Assembly (NCBI RefSeq): GCF_009914755.1
Contig: NC_060948.1
Origin: the human T2T-CHM13v2.0 reference genome, Homo sapiens
DNA length: 64,000 nt
Direction: 5' to 3' (one strand)
Part shown: positions 22,585 through 36,509 of the stretch, in pieces
Layout of the letters: each line of letters starts with the position of its first letter
Position numbering within the stretch: the first letter of the stretch is position 1
Program-made: the position numbers and the translations under genes
The notes under the pieces: generated by a model
Told to the model about the DNA's origin: nothing
What the model saw: the letters and a program-made list of their open reading frames with translations, nothing else
Databases searched by the model: none

Positions 22585-25500
22585 CTTCCCAAACAATTAA
22601 AAATTCCCAATAGAAGAAGCATTAATTATATCAAAAAGTGGTGGACCAAGAAGGAACTATTAGCCTCATATCTCAAGAAAGACTCCAGTCAAGGCCTAGG
22701 GACTACTCATGAAAAGAGTTTAATAGCCGACTCTCTCCCAGTGGATCTGGATTCCACCGGACTGTATCTTCACAGTAAGGGTGAAACAGAAGCAAACCCA
22801 TTCCTATTTCCAAGCTCAAGGAACTTTGGTCAAAGTTCTCTTGGAGCTGAGCAGAAGAAGGAGGCAAACAGAAAAGATTTGTGTCCCTGAGAAGTCATGG
22901 CCACAGGCTGGCTATCACACAGATTGTCAAGCCAGTTCCATATTGCATGGGTATTACAGAAAATCTCAAAACATAAATTTGTGTGTGGGTTGTCCCAGAG
23001 TAGCAGGATCTGGCAGAAGGAAATTTCCTTCTAACCCTCAAAGAATCCACATAAATCTTGTTACATTTGGGATTTTACGATTTGCTTCAGGAATGAGAAT
23101 GGCCTTAATTTTCATATCTTTTTCTACACTCAGTTTATGGCTTGTTGGCGTCAAAGTTCTGCTTGCTTCACACAATGAGTTTAGGATTTTCCCTTTTTTA
23201 TTCTATAGAATTCTTCATATATATTGAAATGCTCTGCCTGGGGAAAAAAATCTGAGCCTAGCGTTTTATCTCTAGGAAGAATCCTTTATTTCCTTGAACA
23301 TTTATGAGACTATACAGATTATATATGTCTTCTTGTATCAATTTTACTAAGCTATATACATAGCTTATGTTTATATATTATATATATAAATGTAAGATAC
23401 AAATATAAAAATTATGTATAAATATGAAAATATATATAGAAAGCGATATATATGTCTATATATATAGACAGATTATAAATATCTGTCTATTTGATCTAAG
23501 TTTTCAAATTTGTAGGTTAAGGTGTTAACGATATTTCCTTATTAGCTTCTTAATCTATGCTGTATCTATGGTTGTGTACCTTTTAAATTCTTAGTTTTAT
23601 CTATGTTTTCTCCCTTTTTTTCTAAACTTGACTGACGGTTGCATCATTTATTATATTTCTCCAACAAGCAAAGGTTAGCTTTGTATGTTTTACTAATTTT
23701 GTCTACATCATTATTCCCACACTTTAGTTTTTCAGAATTGATTCTGTTGTTTCTTTTCTAATTCTTTATTGAAATATCTAGTACATTAATTTTCAAGTTA
23801 TTAGAGAAATATTTGTCTGTAAACTCCTATTGTAATATCACTTTTCTTGCTACTCACAGATTTAATCTTTAATATTGGCGGTATCATTGAGTTCTAAGTA
23901 CATTTCAATTCCTAGTATGATAATCTATGAATTGCTGAGAAATAGTGTTTACAATTTTGTTGTTCTATTTCCACTTAAGTTTATTTTTACTTCTGCTAAC
24001 TCAATTGAAAATTCTTTACTAATTTTTAAAATCCTTGAACCCAAGAGATGGAGGTTGCAGTGAGCTGAGATCAGGCCACTGCATTCCAGACTGAGTGACA
24101 GAGTGGAACGAGATTTCAAAACAAAACAAAACAAAACAAAACAAAACAGTCACTGGAAAGATAATAAAATACATAAATGTGGGATGTAATATGTAATCGT
24201 GATAAAATAAACTGGATTTTTTGTGTAAGTTATACATATAAATGTAATGCCAAGACACTGATAAGACAACTCATGGTCTTATCTCAATACTTAGTGTCTT
24301 CATGTAACATATGTCCTTTAGGATAGTTATAGTCCGTTTTCTTTCCAGGAGAGACAGATGAGAATGCAGAAATGTTAAAGTGCAAGGGACGGAAGCTTCC
24401 AGCTGTGCCCACCTGTAACCTGACGTAGACAGTTCCACCGTTTGCTTCATTAATCATGCCAAAGGCTCTAATGCAAATGTGGTACAGAGTCACATGTTTT
24501 TGTATCTACATGATAGAAACTATAACTTCATCCCTATATAGAAGGGTATATAGCATATGCCTCAGTGATAAATATAAGTGAATCATTGATCAGTAGGAAA
24601 CCATTTTAAAAGTCTTTCATAACAGAACAAAATCCCTGAAAACATTTTCTTCTCAATCTCTGAGTTTTCTTACACGGCTTATGAATCTCTAGCCATACTA
24701 AAGAGATAGTATGCTGCTCTTCCCACAAATTATTCATTGTATATAATTCCTGTAATCTAATAACAGTACCTTTACACCTCAGGGTTTAAAATGACTCCAA
24801 CCTTTTTCTGTTTCTCCAATTAAAATAACTTTTTTAAGGTTTAATCTTCAGTAATTTTTTGTAGTAATATTTTTGAAGGTATTTGACCAGGATGATTTGC
24901 TTATATACCTACCTGACGTCTCCCTTTCTTCTGAATACATATTTTATTACCCACCTATTAGATCTAAGTTTAAGAAGTTGGAATAGGGATTTAAATCTAA
25001 ATTCTACATTTGAATTTACAGGAGTCAGCGAGTCCGGGAAGTGCCTTTATGCACAGACCAATATCTGGCAATGGCACTAGGAGACAAATAAGCTTTACCA
25101 GTCTCAAAGCCCTGGCTACTACAGTGAATCCACCCTTCTCCTGGATCTTATCTACTTCAGCAAAAGAAGGCCACCCACTAAACCAGGCCCTTGTACTTTG
25201 GGTGGAAACTCCTAAGTCCTCTAGTCTCCTCAAACAGACAGCCAGGCTGCCAATTTCCACAATAATAATTTCTATAGCACTGAGTCTTTGGTAGCCTTGT
25301 AACTATAGCTACTGATGCTACAGTCTGGTCCCTGTATGATAAAACACCAGAGCAACAGAAACAAAAATATTGACTGAAGCCTTCTAAAATCTCTCTAAAT
25401 ATACCTTCAATAAATATGGTTTTTTTTACAGAACGACTGCTTTCAGCTTCCTGAACTAACGCTTGGCCTTCGCTAGTTGTCACTGTTGAAATTGATTCAA

Positions 25501-25806
25501 AAGTGTACATTTAACATGAAAGTCAACACAGAATTTCATGTGTCAGCAACTAAAATTTTCAAAATGTTGCAAAATACAAATGTGAAACTGTATTTGTGAA
25601 ATTTACCATTCATTGAAATTATATTTTCATACCTACCCAGGCACAGAATTTTTTATAACTGTCTGCATGTTCTCCTCATGTGGGGGAAAAGCAGCATCAG
25701 CAGGCAGAGGAATCCTTTGAAGCTGGAGGGAGAGGTTGCAGTGATCTGAGAGTTTGCCACTTGACTGCAGCCTGGATGACACAGTGAGACTCCAACTGAA
25801 AAGAAA

Positions 25807-25841
<35 letters not shown>

Positions 25842-25906
25842 CCAAAATTGATAAGTAAAAAAAAAATCCATATTCGAAAACATGCTCACAGGCTATCTCC
25901 CATATC

Positions 25907-25949
<43 letters not shown>

Positions 25950-27079
25950 TCCTTGAAAACGAAAGTTCCACAAGGGCAAAACAAGAAAACAAATTTAACA
26001 CCCCCCAAAGAAAGTACAAAGAGTAACCTCAAAAGAACCGCAGGGGAAAACAATTCAAAATTTACAAGTATCTACCCTAAAAGAAGCTGAAAGTCCCTCA
26101 AAAACTTTCCAGAGGCCATGTCCTTGTATTACAAAAATGATCATAAAAACTGGCAGGAGTAGACGAATAGAAATGCATCTTAAAACTTGCTAAACCCTTC
26201 AAGTCTCCCATAAGAATTGTAATGGAAAATGGATCGGTCGGCAGCTTTTTCCATACAATTATGAACAAATTATATTTCTTCATACATAGATTTGTTTTTT
26301 CAATATTCTAAGGAATTAACTTTTATATTAATAGTAGGTGATGTAAGAAAGCAGGCCTTTATCAAGATAACTGACACTGGATGTCCATACCATTACTCAG
26401 GTGGGCCTTAATTCCCAGCCGGGTTCCCTCCCTGGACACACACTGAAGGTCCCCAGCCATTTGGCAATCTCTTCACATTCCCAGCCCTGGAGGTAGCCCT
26501 AAAATACATGTACCTGAAGAAAATAAAACATTGCCTCACACTGGAGCCCAGTGTGGTCCTCCAGATTCCGTGTGAGGTGGACTAACTTATATGGGAAGGC
26601 AGGGCAGCGGGAGTGAGGATGGCAGAGAGGATTACACATGTCAAGGCAGCCGGGGTCATGGAAACAAAACATGACTGGCCTGGGAGAAACACTGTGAAAG
26701 GACACAGACCTAGGTGGGCCTCAGGTGGACATCCTCGTGGAGAAAAAGGGGGCCCTGGTTGATCTCAAAATGAGCCCCAGGTGGTAGCAGGTCTTACCGC
26801 AGGGCAGGGAGCTGGCGAGTAATGATGAGACAGCTATCCCTTAAGCCCTGCTTGTCACCCACTGACTTTAGCCACATATGCATCATAGTGGCTTAAGGTG
26901 CCCCGATCCTGAAATGTGGGTGTTACATGTCCCTGATGGGCCTCTCTCCCCCAACCCACGGATTGCCTGGGATTGCTCACTGCAGTCTCCTCCCGGATCC
27001 TTGGGTTCTCCATGTGGGGCCCAGATCCAGGTCAAAAGGCCTCTCAGTTCCCAGCCCTTCCCAGCCCTAGGCTGCTCGC

Positions 27080-29253
27080 CTGGCCTCCTCTCTGTTCCGC
27101 CTCTAGGGCTGACCCTCTCTCCATGGGATAGAACTGCAATGGATTGAGCCATAGGCCCTGGCTGATGATCTAGGGGACTGCAGAAGTGGGTCCAGGACAG
27201 TTCAGGTGACAGTTCAAAGCCAATTCCCCAGAGACCAAGGAATGACCAGCTAGGTCCTTTCCCATGATGCCCCACGGCGAACCCCACCTCAGCAATCCTG
27301 CCAAAACCCGGGCAGTCATGTTCAGCCAAACAGCTGAATGAGCTCAGGTAGGAGGTGTACTGCCTGCAGCTGGAGGCTTGACCTTCGTGATCCCAGAACC
27401 GCTGGACTGCAGTGGAATGAGACACCCTGTAGCCTGCAGGGAGAGGAGTCAGGAAGGTTCATGCCAGTCCCACCCTCCCACACACCAGCTCCCCTACCAT
27501 GCTGGGAGGCATTCCTTACCGAGGATGCCAACACAGTGCTCCTTCATGATGATTTCACTGTGGAAATAAAGGTTGGGATGAAAGGAAATCATCCTGCCAC
27601 CGGTAACCGGGATGGCTGAGTTCCTCCACCTGCCGGATCAAGGAGAAAGAGGATGGATTCAATGGGACCATCTCAACTAGCCGGGCTGAGGTGGCCTACT
27701 AGCTGTAGTGAACCATGAGTTTCCCCTTCCCAGCTCTCCCACTGAGACAACCCTGGTCCCCAGGGGGACCTCAAACTGACTCAGACACTGGACTCCTCCC
27801 ACAGACCCAGGCTCCCCAGCCTGACCTGCAAATCCATCACGTAGCAAAGCAGGACTTCCGCATGCTTTCCGACCCACGCCGACATCTCGTGTGCCAAACA
27901 ATCTACCTCTGCGCAAGAACTCTCCAGAGGATTGGGTGGGCAAGCCTCGTGACGCCTTGCAATTTCGCAAGAACACAGACAATGTGGAACAGGGCCATCT
28001 CCCAGACATTTGGCCAGTCACCCTTCATTGTTGGCCCTCTATCTCTGTCTGGCGAGGAGGCAACGCCACAACTGTGGTGGTTTTTGGAGTGGGTGGACCC
28101 CGGCCAAGACGGCCTGGGCTGACCAGAGACGGGAGGCAGAAAAAGTGGGCAGGTGGTTGCAGCTGAGGGACGGGAGGGGCCGGGGGTGGTGTGAGGCGGC
28201 TGCTTCTCTGAGTTTCTGAGATGCAGGAGGCCTTTGTGTGCTGGGTGCTGGACATGCTCCGCTGATGTCCGGGTGTGTGGTGTCCTCTTATCCTAGTCTC
28301 CCTGAGGGGTGGGCCTGTCCACCTGAGGGAAGCCTTGTAGTTAGAAGCCACAGCAGGGTCGTGCCTGGCGCTCTCCAAGGGAATTGCGTGGGTCCAGAGG
28401 AAGTTATACAGGCTCAGGGCCTACACGCCTTTGAGTGCAGCGCCTGCAGTTGGATGAATGCGCATCTGCGGAGCTGGTGCCCGCCGTCAGGTGGTCGGCA
28501 GCCCCATGCGCCGCGAACCCGTCTTAAGCACCTTGCGTTTCTGGGGTGAGCCTGCTGGAAACAGGCACCGAGAGCAGGGGTGGTTCAATGGCTGGTAATG
28601 GCATACAGATTCCCCGTCCTCCAGGGACGTTCCCAGGGAAACGCGTCCTTCGAATTTGGGCTGTGCGCAAAGGGACCTTGGCGCCGCGATTCTCCCTTGT
28701 CAGTGCTGGCCCTGGCTCCCCTTCCCTACCACGTGCTCCCAGGGCTGCTACAAGCGAGCTGCCCTCACAGCTGCGGGAACGTGGCCTCGGCTCCCACGCT
28801 GTCCCCCATCCCCTGCCTCCTGGCTGACCCCACGTGCCTCCCACCTGGCTCCTCCCCGCAAACAGCCCCCATACCCCCCGAGGCCCGATGACTATCCCCT
28901 GCTGCCCGCCATCCCAAATCGGCAGCCGCAAGGATATGGCTCTGGCTCACAAGGCGGAGATGCTCTGTGGCCTGGGGCATTCACGGAGCCCAGCTCCAAG
29001 TGAAGGACCTCCAGCGAGTCCATTGACGGCCCCGGTGTGCTCGGTCCAGGGCCAGGCTGTGCCCGCTGGCCCTCCTTCTGCCACCCCACGTCGGGCTCCA
29101 CCTCAACCACCACCTCCACCTCAGCCATGATGTCTTCCACCTTCAGCACCGCCTCCTCTTCCAAGGCCGCCTCCTTGCTCTGTACCCCGGCCGTCCTCTC
29201 CAGCATTGCCTCCAGCCTGAACACGGTTTTCTCCTGGGTGCTCCCACAGACCC
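27080..29253 (-). pseudogene. TSPY-family paralogue A, unit 2
   Basis: Copy of 6817-8990 at offset +20263 (ORFs 26883-27425 and 28892-29656 are identical to the unit-1 ORFs). Confidence 0.87.
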
Positions 29254-30279
29254 TGGGCCTGCGCAGCCCAGCCCAGCCCAGCCCATGCCCCGCACCCGTA
29301 GGCTCTGGGGGCCCGCTCCCCAGCAGACCCGCTCCCTGCAAGACCCACGGGCGTCGCCCTGCTGTGAACCTGGTCCCACACCTACGTGGACCCAGGTTTC
29401 CTGAGGAGCTCCGCTGGACCCGCAGATCCCGCACTGGCCAAAGGGCTCCGGTCCCCAGCAGGCTCAACTGCGCACAGGAGCTCGGGAGCCAGAGGCCCCG
29501 GCCCTGGGCTTGCAGAGCCCCACCAACAGGCACCGCAACCGCTGCTGCGGGTGCGGGAGCCTCTGGGTCGTCAAGGCAGCGCACAACAGCGTGCGCGCAG
29601 GCCGACAATGGCCAACCCTGGCGGCTGGCCTCTGGTGTGCCCAGGGCATAGGACAAGAGGCCCTTTGGAATGCTCCTTGGAGTACAGCATCCTCAGGGAG
29701 GAAGCATGGTACTCGGAGCCTCTATTTGCCTCGACCTGTGAGAGTGTGTGCCGGGGCTCTGGCCTCTACAGCAGATCAATTCCACCTCAGCACCGGCAGG
29801 CGACTTTCCTCCCACGTGCCCGCCCCGATCACTTCCCCCAGGACACCCCTGCCGCCCTAGCCCCAGCAACCAGAGAGAGTTCTCTGCATCTGCTGTATTA
29901 CCTCCGTACCATCTACCTGGCCTGCCTAACGAAGAGAGATGTTTCCTGTGTTCATGACACATAGAGATGTTCATGGCTTGCCACACTGAGGATGTCAGGG
30001 CACAGGGCTGCCATGCCCACAATTCCAAAGGCCACGCAGCCCGCGTGTGCCCGGATGCCTAGCTACCCGGCACAAGCTCCAAGGGCTTCTCGGAGGAGGC
30101 TTGGGCAGGGAAGGCGGGGGGTGGGGGGGCTGGAGATGCAGGCCCGCCAGTGGCTGTGCCGCCCAGGGAGACGCCCACCGCCCTCCCATTGACTGGCCAC
30201 GACGGGAGGAAGTCGGCCTGGGTGCGGCCCCCCGGCCCTTCGCGCGCAGTCCCTTAGGGGGCGCCTGGAAGCCCGGCGC

Positions 30280-32860
30280 ATGCGCCCTGAGGGCTCGCTG
30301 ACCTACCGGGTGCCAGAGAGGCTGCGGCAGGGTTTCTGTGGCGTGGGTCGGGCAGCACAGGCCTTGGTGTGTGCGAGTGCCAAGGAGGGCACCGCCTTCA
30401 GGATGGAGGCTGTACAGGAGGGGGCGGCCGGGGTGGAGAGTGAGCAGGCGGCTTTGGGGGAGGAGGCGGTGCTGCTGTTGGATGACATAATGGCGGAGGT
30501 GGAGGTGGTGGCGGAGGTGGAGGTGGTGGCGGAGGAGGAGGGCCTCGTGGAGCGGCGGGAGGAGGCCCAGCGGGCACAGCAGGCTGTGCCTGGCCCTGGG
30601 CCCATGACCCCAGAGTCTGCACTGGAGGAGCTGCTGGCCGTTCAGGTGGAGCTGGAGCCGGTTAATGCCCAAGCCAGGAAGGCCTTTTCTCGGCAGCGGG
30701 AAAAGATGGAGCGGAGGCGCAAGCCCCACCTAGACCGCAGAGGCGCCGTCATCCAGAGCGTCCCTGGCTTCTGGGCCAATGTTGTATCCTTCTCAGTATT
30801 TCTTCGGCCTTTCTAGTGGAGAGGTGCTCTCGGGGAAGTGTAAGTGACCGATGGGCAGCTCGGCGTCGATGTGACTCTTTGGGGAACAAAGGGGAGTTGC
30901 CACGGACCAGTGTGGCTGTGGAAAGCCGGAGCAGGCGTGGGTACTATTGTCCTGCATGCGGCAGAGAAACCCTTGGTGATGCCGAGCAGCAGACGTTTGG
31001 GGCATCTTTTTGAAGAGCAGAAGCGAGTTCAGAGCGGAAGAGGTTTTTCAGTGAATGAAGCTATTTTTAAGGGAGTGTGATTGCTGCCCCTTGCTAGTCC
31101 GATCTGGGACTGGGCGTCTTCGGCTATAAGCAGATTCTGCCACTCCTCAGACACCAGCAAGTCTCTGCAAATCGCGCCTCCCCATGTCAGTGCAGTCAGC
31201 CTCAGAATCATACACCCTCTGTGAACACAGGAGGCCTTAGTTTACGGGGACGGGGAGGCGAAAGGAGATCATACATGGAAGCAGATCTGAGAAATCCCCT
31301 ACCCCAGCCTCTGGGTGCTCTTAGGCCTTCTTCCCTGTTGCTCCTCGCTTTCCCTTCCATCGTGTGTAAAGTCTCTTTGACCTAAATCAGATTGCAAACC
31401 ACCCCCAGATGTCAGCCCTGATCACTGACGAAGATGAAGACATGCTGAGCTACATGGTCAGCCTGGAGGTGAGGCCAGGAAGACTGGGGCTAGAGGGTTT
31501 AGCGGGGGAGGGTAAGGGAAATAATTCATTCCTGTAAGCAAGAGTGAGCACCTCACCCGAAAACCTATCTAAGCTTTCTCCACCTTGTCCTGACAGGTGG
31601 GAGAAGAGAAGCATCCTGTTCATCTCTGCAAGATCATGTTGTTCTTTCGGAGTAACCCCTACTTCCAGAATAAAGTGATTACCAAGGAATATCTGGTGAA
31701 CATCACAGGTGACAGGTGGCTCCCAGGATGGGTAGTGGGAGGAAGATGGTGGGTGGATCATTGCCAACGGGATCCAGCCCCCTTCCCACAAAAACTCCTG
31801 TCTCTGTAGAATACAGGGCTTCTCATTCCACTCCAATTGAGTGGTATCCGGATTATGAAGTGGAGGCCTATCGCCGCAGACACCACAACAGCAGCCTTAA
31901 CTTCTTCAACTGGTTCTCTGACCACAACTTCGCAGGATCTAACAAGATTGCTGAGGTGAGTCCTCACTGGGAAACATGAGGAATGACCCCGTGTGTTCCC
32001 AGCTGCTTGGGTCACCTTTCTGAGCCCTGATGAGGCCTTTCCCGATTGAGTCCCCTGACAGATCCTATGTAAGGACCTGTGGCGCAATCCCCTGCAATAC
32101 TACAAGAGGATGAAGCCACCTGAAGAGGGAACAGAGACGTCAGGTGAGCCGTTAGTTGGCACTGGAGCTGTTTGATGCCCAGTATAAGGGGGTTGACACA
32201 CCTGCCTATTCAGGGAGCCTGGGTGCTCATTTCAGAAATGTAGAAATTGAGGCTCCTTTCGTACATGTAGAAATTCCTTGAGAGGAAGACAGAGAGTGAC
32301 AGAATCCAGGACGTTCATGGCATTGGGCTGAAAAGGCACGTTAGAGACTGCACTGCAAAGCGGGTGATAGCTGTGGAGTCTTAAGCCCAGTGAAGAATCG
32401 TCCATTTCCAGAATCAATGAGAAGTAAAGCTGAAAATCATTCAGTTCAGTCTGTGGCACTTGATTCCACGGCTGTCAACCCCACCGGCAGTCATCCCACC
32501 AACCCCATGAGATTGGGCTCCCTGAATGTGCGTCCTGGTCATCCTTGCCCCAAACCACAAAGGACTGTTTAGATTGATGGATTTCCTTAAGCTGTTGCCC
32601 CATCAGACTTGTGTGTGCTTTTAGGGCCCAGTGCATCTTGTTAGCTGACTCCCCTCACAGACAATACTGGGAATGGGGCAGGGATTGCGCAGAACAGTTT
32701 GTAACACGTGGTAGGAGGAAGTTTAAGGGATCACAAATGGGGAAGGGATATCCTTTTCTCAGCGGGCCCCACAATTGAAACATTTCAAAGTATGGCTCAG
32801 AGAAAATGCGTTTTAACATGAGTTTGTGTTTCTCTAGGGGACTCCCAGTTGTTGAGTTGA
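30280..32860 (+). CDS. TSPY: TSPY copy 2, 314 aa (18-bp AEVEVV duplication; E->G at the second codon of exon 3)
   Basis: Exons 30280-30783, 31391-31468, 31597-31708, 31810-31955, 32062-32143 and 32838-32860; splice sites intact and frame open to TGA at 32858-32860. Confidence 0.96.
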
Positions 32861-33030
32861 ATATGATGGAGCATCAGATTTTACCTAATACAGCAGAACT
32901 CCTAAAAAGTTACAGCCATATGCAGGACGGCAGTACTCAGCATGGTCTTATGCACAGGAACTAAAGGAAAAAGAGATCGAGTCACAAAAATTCAGGAAGA
33001 GGGGGTAAATGTGGATTGTATGGAATGAAA

Positions 33031-33036
33031 AATAAA
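33031..33036 (+). terminator. TSPY polyadenylation signal, copy 2
   Basis: Same context as 12750-12755. Confidence 0.8.
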
Positions 33037-36000
33037 CATTCTCAAGGATGTGTGACTCTGTGTCTGTGTGTGTGTGTGTGTCTTTGTGTTTGTGTGTGTG
33101 TGTGTCTGTGTGTGTATGTTTATCCACTTTATTCGGGTGTCATAATGAATTGATCAATCCACGTGCTTTATTCTCTTCATGGAAATAACCAGTCTGCGTT
33201 GGAGCTGGGCCTCTAAAGTTGTAGAGTGAATGGGTGTGGGATGTGTTGGGATTCTTCCTACAGGACAGAGTGGGAGAGGTAAAAGCAAAAGACAGCTTAG
33301 TTGGAGGCTGACTTCGTCCTATGGAAGCAGAGATAGTTCAAGGAAAGGGGTTACTGGGTTTCCAGGGCCCAGTTTGCTGGGACCTCCAAAATCCTTCATT
33401 TTGGGTATCATCATACACAGTAGCTAAGCACAGGATGATGGAAATCTTAAAGTTCGCTTTCGTGTTGAATCCACATGTTCTTTTAAAGGTGAATGCATGA
33501 TCCTTTTCTGGGACAATCAGCCTCTCAGGACTTCTGAAACATCAACGTGAGAAGAAATGGGCATGTAAGGTGTATGGAGGGACTGTGGGAAAGGTGACAG
33601 AGGCATGTGGGAAGGCATTCAGGATACGCTTTTGGCAGAGATGACTAAGGGAAAACAGAAACTTACAGAAGTGAGGGGAAAGGGGGTGGATTAGTGGAAT
33701 ATAAGATTGTTGGAGAATCCATCCATGGACTCTCTTGTCACTTGATGACCCAGGATATGGACACTCTTGTTGATGTTTACATCTTTAGTTGTTTTAAGCT
33801 TTTCTCCAAGATTCTGTGTTAGGTGAGGAGCCAATAACGTATGTAGCTAACAACAGTACGAGTGCATTTTGTGCTCTTGCAAAGTCTAGTGAGGCTCTAT
33901 TCTCCCTCGTGATTGGCACTGCAGATTGTATCTGGACCCAGGGCCCCTAAATTTTCTGTGGCCTCTTCAGCATAGTTTGCCTAAGGTTTAGAACGTAAAG
34001 CGAATATAGTTGCGGAATATGTTTTGCAAGCCTCACACAGGAGGACAAAACATACAGCTTTCATTCGCGAGTGGGAGGCTGCTTCCCAGGAACACGTGTG
34101 TCTGCACAAGACAAGGGGTTGCCTCTGTCAAGGATGGGGCAGGAGGATTTCAGTGTCGGAGGCAGAACTTTCTTTCCTGTTCCCAGATGAAACAGTTCCA
34201 ACACGAGCATCCATGTTGACCACACGCTACTAGAGTGCTAACATTGCTGTCCCGTATAGACTCTGGTCAGCACAGCTTCTGTGAGAAGAGCTATGTTGTT
34301 TCAGGGAAGAGGGTTTGACAGTCAAAGTTCCTGAATCTGTTGTGGTGCCTGCAATATGCATTCTACCCCTCCTGCTCGGTGTCAAAGCAGTTGAGCTTTG
34401 AAAATCTATCGCCCGGTTTTGTCCCTGCTCCTATGCAGACCTCTGAAGCTCTGGAGCGGGAGTCTTGTCCTCCTCTGACTACCGTCCCCCTGACCCACAA
34501 ACACAGGAGAAACAGGTGTTCTAAGCAAATTATTCTGAAAACAGTCGGAACACTTTGGCCCCCTCAAGCTGCCCTCTATCCTACTGTGTGCATGTCAAAG
34601 ACACTGTGGTCCAGTACGGTATCCCTATAGCGGCAATGGGGCAACAGATTGGTGTGTGCACTCTGGGCAACTCAGATTAGGAAACGTCTGGGGACTTGCC
34701 TATAACGAGGTCGTCTTAAAACGTGTTGCCCCAAATTTAAGGCATAGGAAAATGTTGAGGAAAGGGTCTTGCAATGATTTTTCTAGGAGGTAAATAGATA
34801 AGAAAATGACCGTAAATAGATGCCAGGGCTAGTTTTGGAGCTAGCCTTTTTTAAAGTGGTGGTAGGGGAGGAGGTTTTTCCAAGGCAGGTAGCAAACCAG
34901 GAACTGTCTACGATGGATGGGCGTGCCATGGGTTGGTGGCTCAGCCATATTGCCACCCCACGGAGTCGATGCAGCAGACTGGGCTTCTTGCTTGAATCCT
35001 ACGTGCAATTCAGTCTAGTGATTTCACATGAGATCCCTTCTTCTGGTATTATCACAGATCGTGCTGAATTATACAGGCTGTGTAATGCTTCTTCCACTGA
35101 ATATCCGTGCACGTGGGCCACAGATGCTAAGGGCACTGACAAATTTGCACCGTGCCTCAGTAACTCGGAAGCACATCTGTGATTTGTACCGACAGGGACT
35201 TGGTGTCTTTTCGTGTTTAAAGTAGCACGTGTGTGTTTGTGGTTGCGTATGTTTATTTCTCTGTGCGGGTTTGTATATTTTCTCTGACTCCACCTATGTC
35301 TCCGTGGTTCCGATATTTTTCCACACTCCCTGCGACAATTTGCACATGCCTATCTCTACAACCATTGTAGACTTTGTATCTGTGTCTTTGAACATCTGTC
35401 ACTCTCTCTCCCTTCCTTTTTTCTTTTCCTTCCTTTACACCCCTCCTTTCATCCTTCCCTTGCTTCCCCACCACACTCTCTCCATCTGTATCGTCTATGT
35501 TTCTATTCTCTATCTGGGTTTACTTTCTAATTCTGAATTCAAGGGCATTGAATTGAAAAGAAGCACTCTTCGTACTTTTATGTGTTTTAACTCATTTGGG
35601 GAATTTGGCGTGGTATTATTTACAGGGTTCTCTCTGCCCTTTCTCATTGTTCTCCCCAGCCGGGGCTGTTATTATGTGAAAGCTGGTTTCCTTCATCACA
35701 TCGCGTAGGCTCTAATGATGTTTCGTTTATTTTGATTCTCCTCACACTACATAGTTTTAATTTACCTAATGTGACTGTTTTTTTGTTTGTTTTCCGAGAA
35801 TGGGTCTTACTCTGTCTTCTAGGTTGGACAGCAGCCCCACGATCTCAGCCCACTGCAGCCCAGGCACCACACACCCATGTGATCCTGTCAACTCAGACTC
35901 TCACACACCTGGCAGTACAGGTGCATGCCACCCCTCCAAGCTATGTATTAATTAACTAAATACTTACTTTTTGAATGTGGGTCCATGTTGCCCCAGGCTC

Positions 36001-36223
36001 ATCTGGAACTCCTGAGTGCAGGCAATCCTCCCACCTCAGCTTATCAAAGTGCTGGGATGACAGGTGTGACCCATGGCCCTGCCATGGCTTTGTGTTTTTT
36101 GCTTTTTTCTTCCTCCTCCTCACGTCTTGTTTTGAAACATGCACTGAAGGTTTCAATTCATGGACTATAGCCTCTGTGCCTGGAATTTCTATCTTTCAAC
36201 TCATCATCAGCATTCATTGGGAT

Positions 36224-36271
<48 letters not shown>

Positions 36272-36509
36272 ATATAAGAATACCTATGTACACACATATA
36301 TACGTATATACATGTATATACGTATATATGCACATTTATATACGTATATACATGTATATACGTATATATATACATGTACACATATGTATTTATTTCTCAA
36401 GTTACGAAACGGCTTGCATTCTTTCCTGTGTCATGAAAAAGACTTTGCTAGAAAAGAAAAGCACTGCTTTATAATAAAATATTTTATTTGCATTTATTTT
36501 GTTAAGGCA

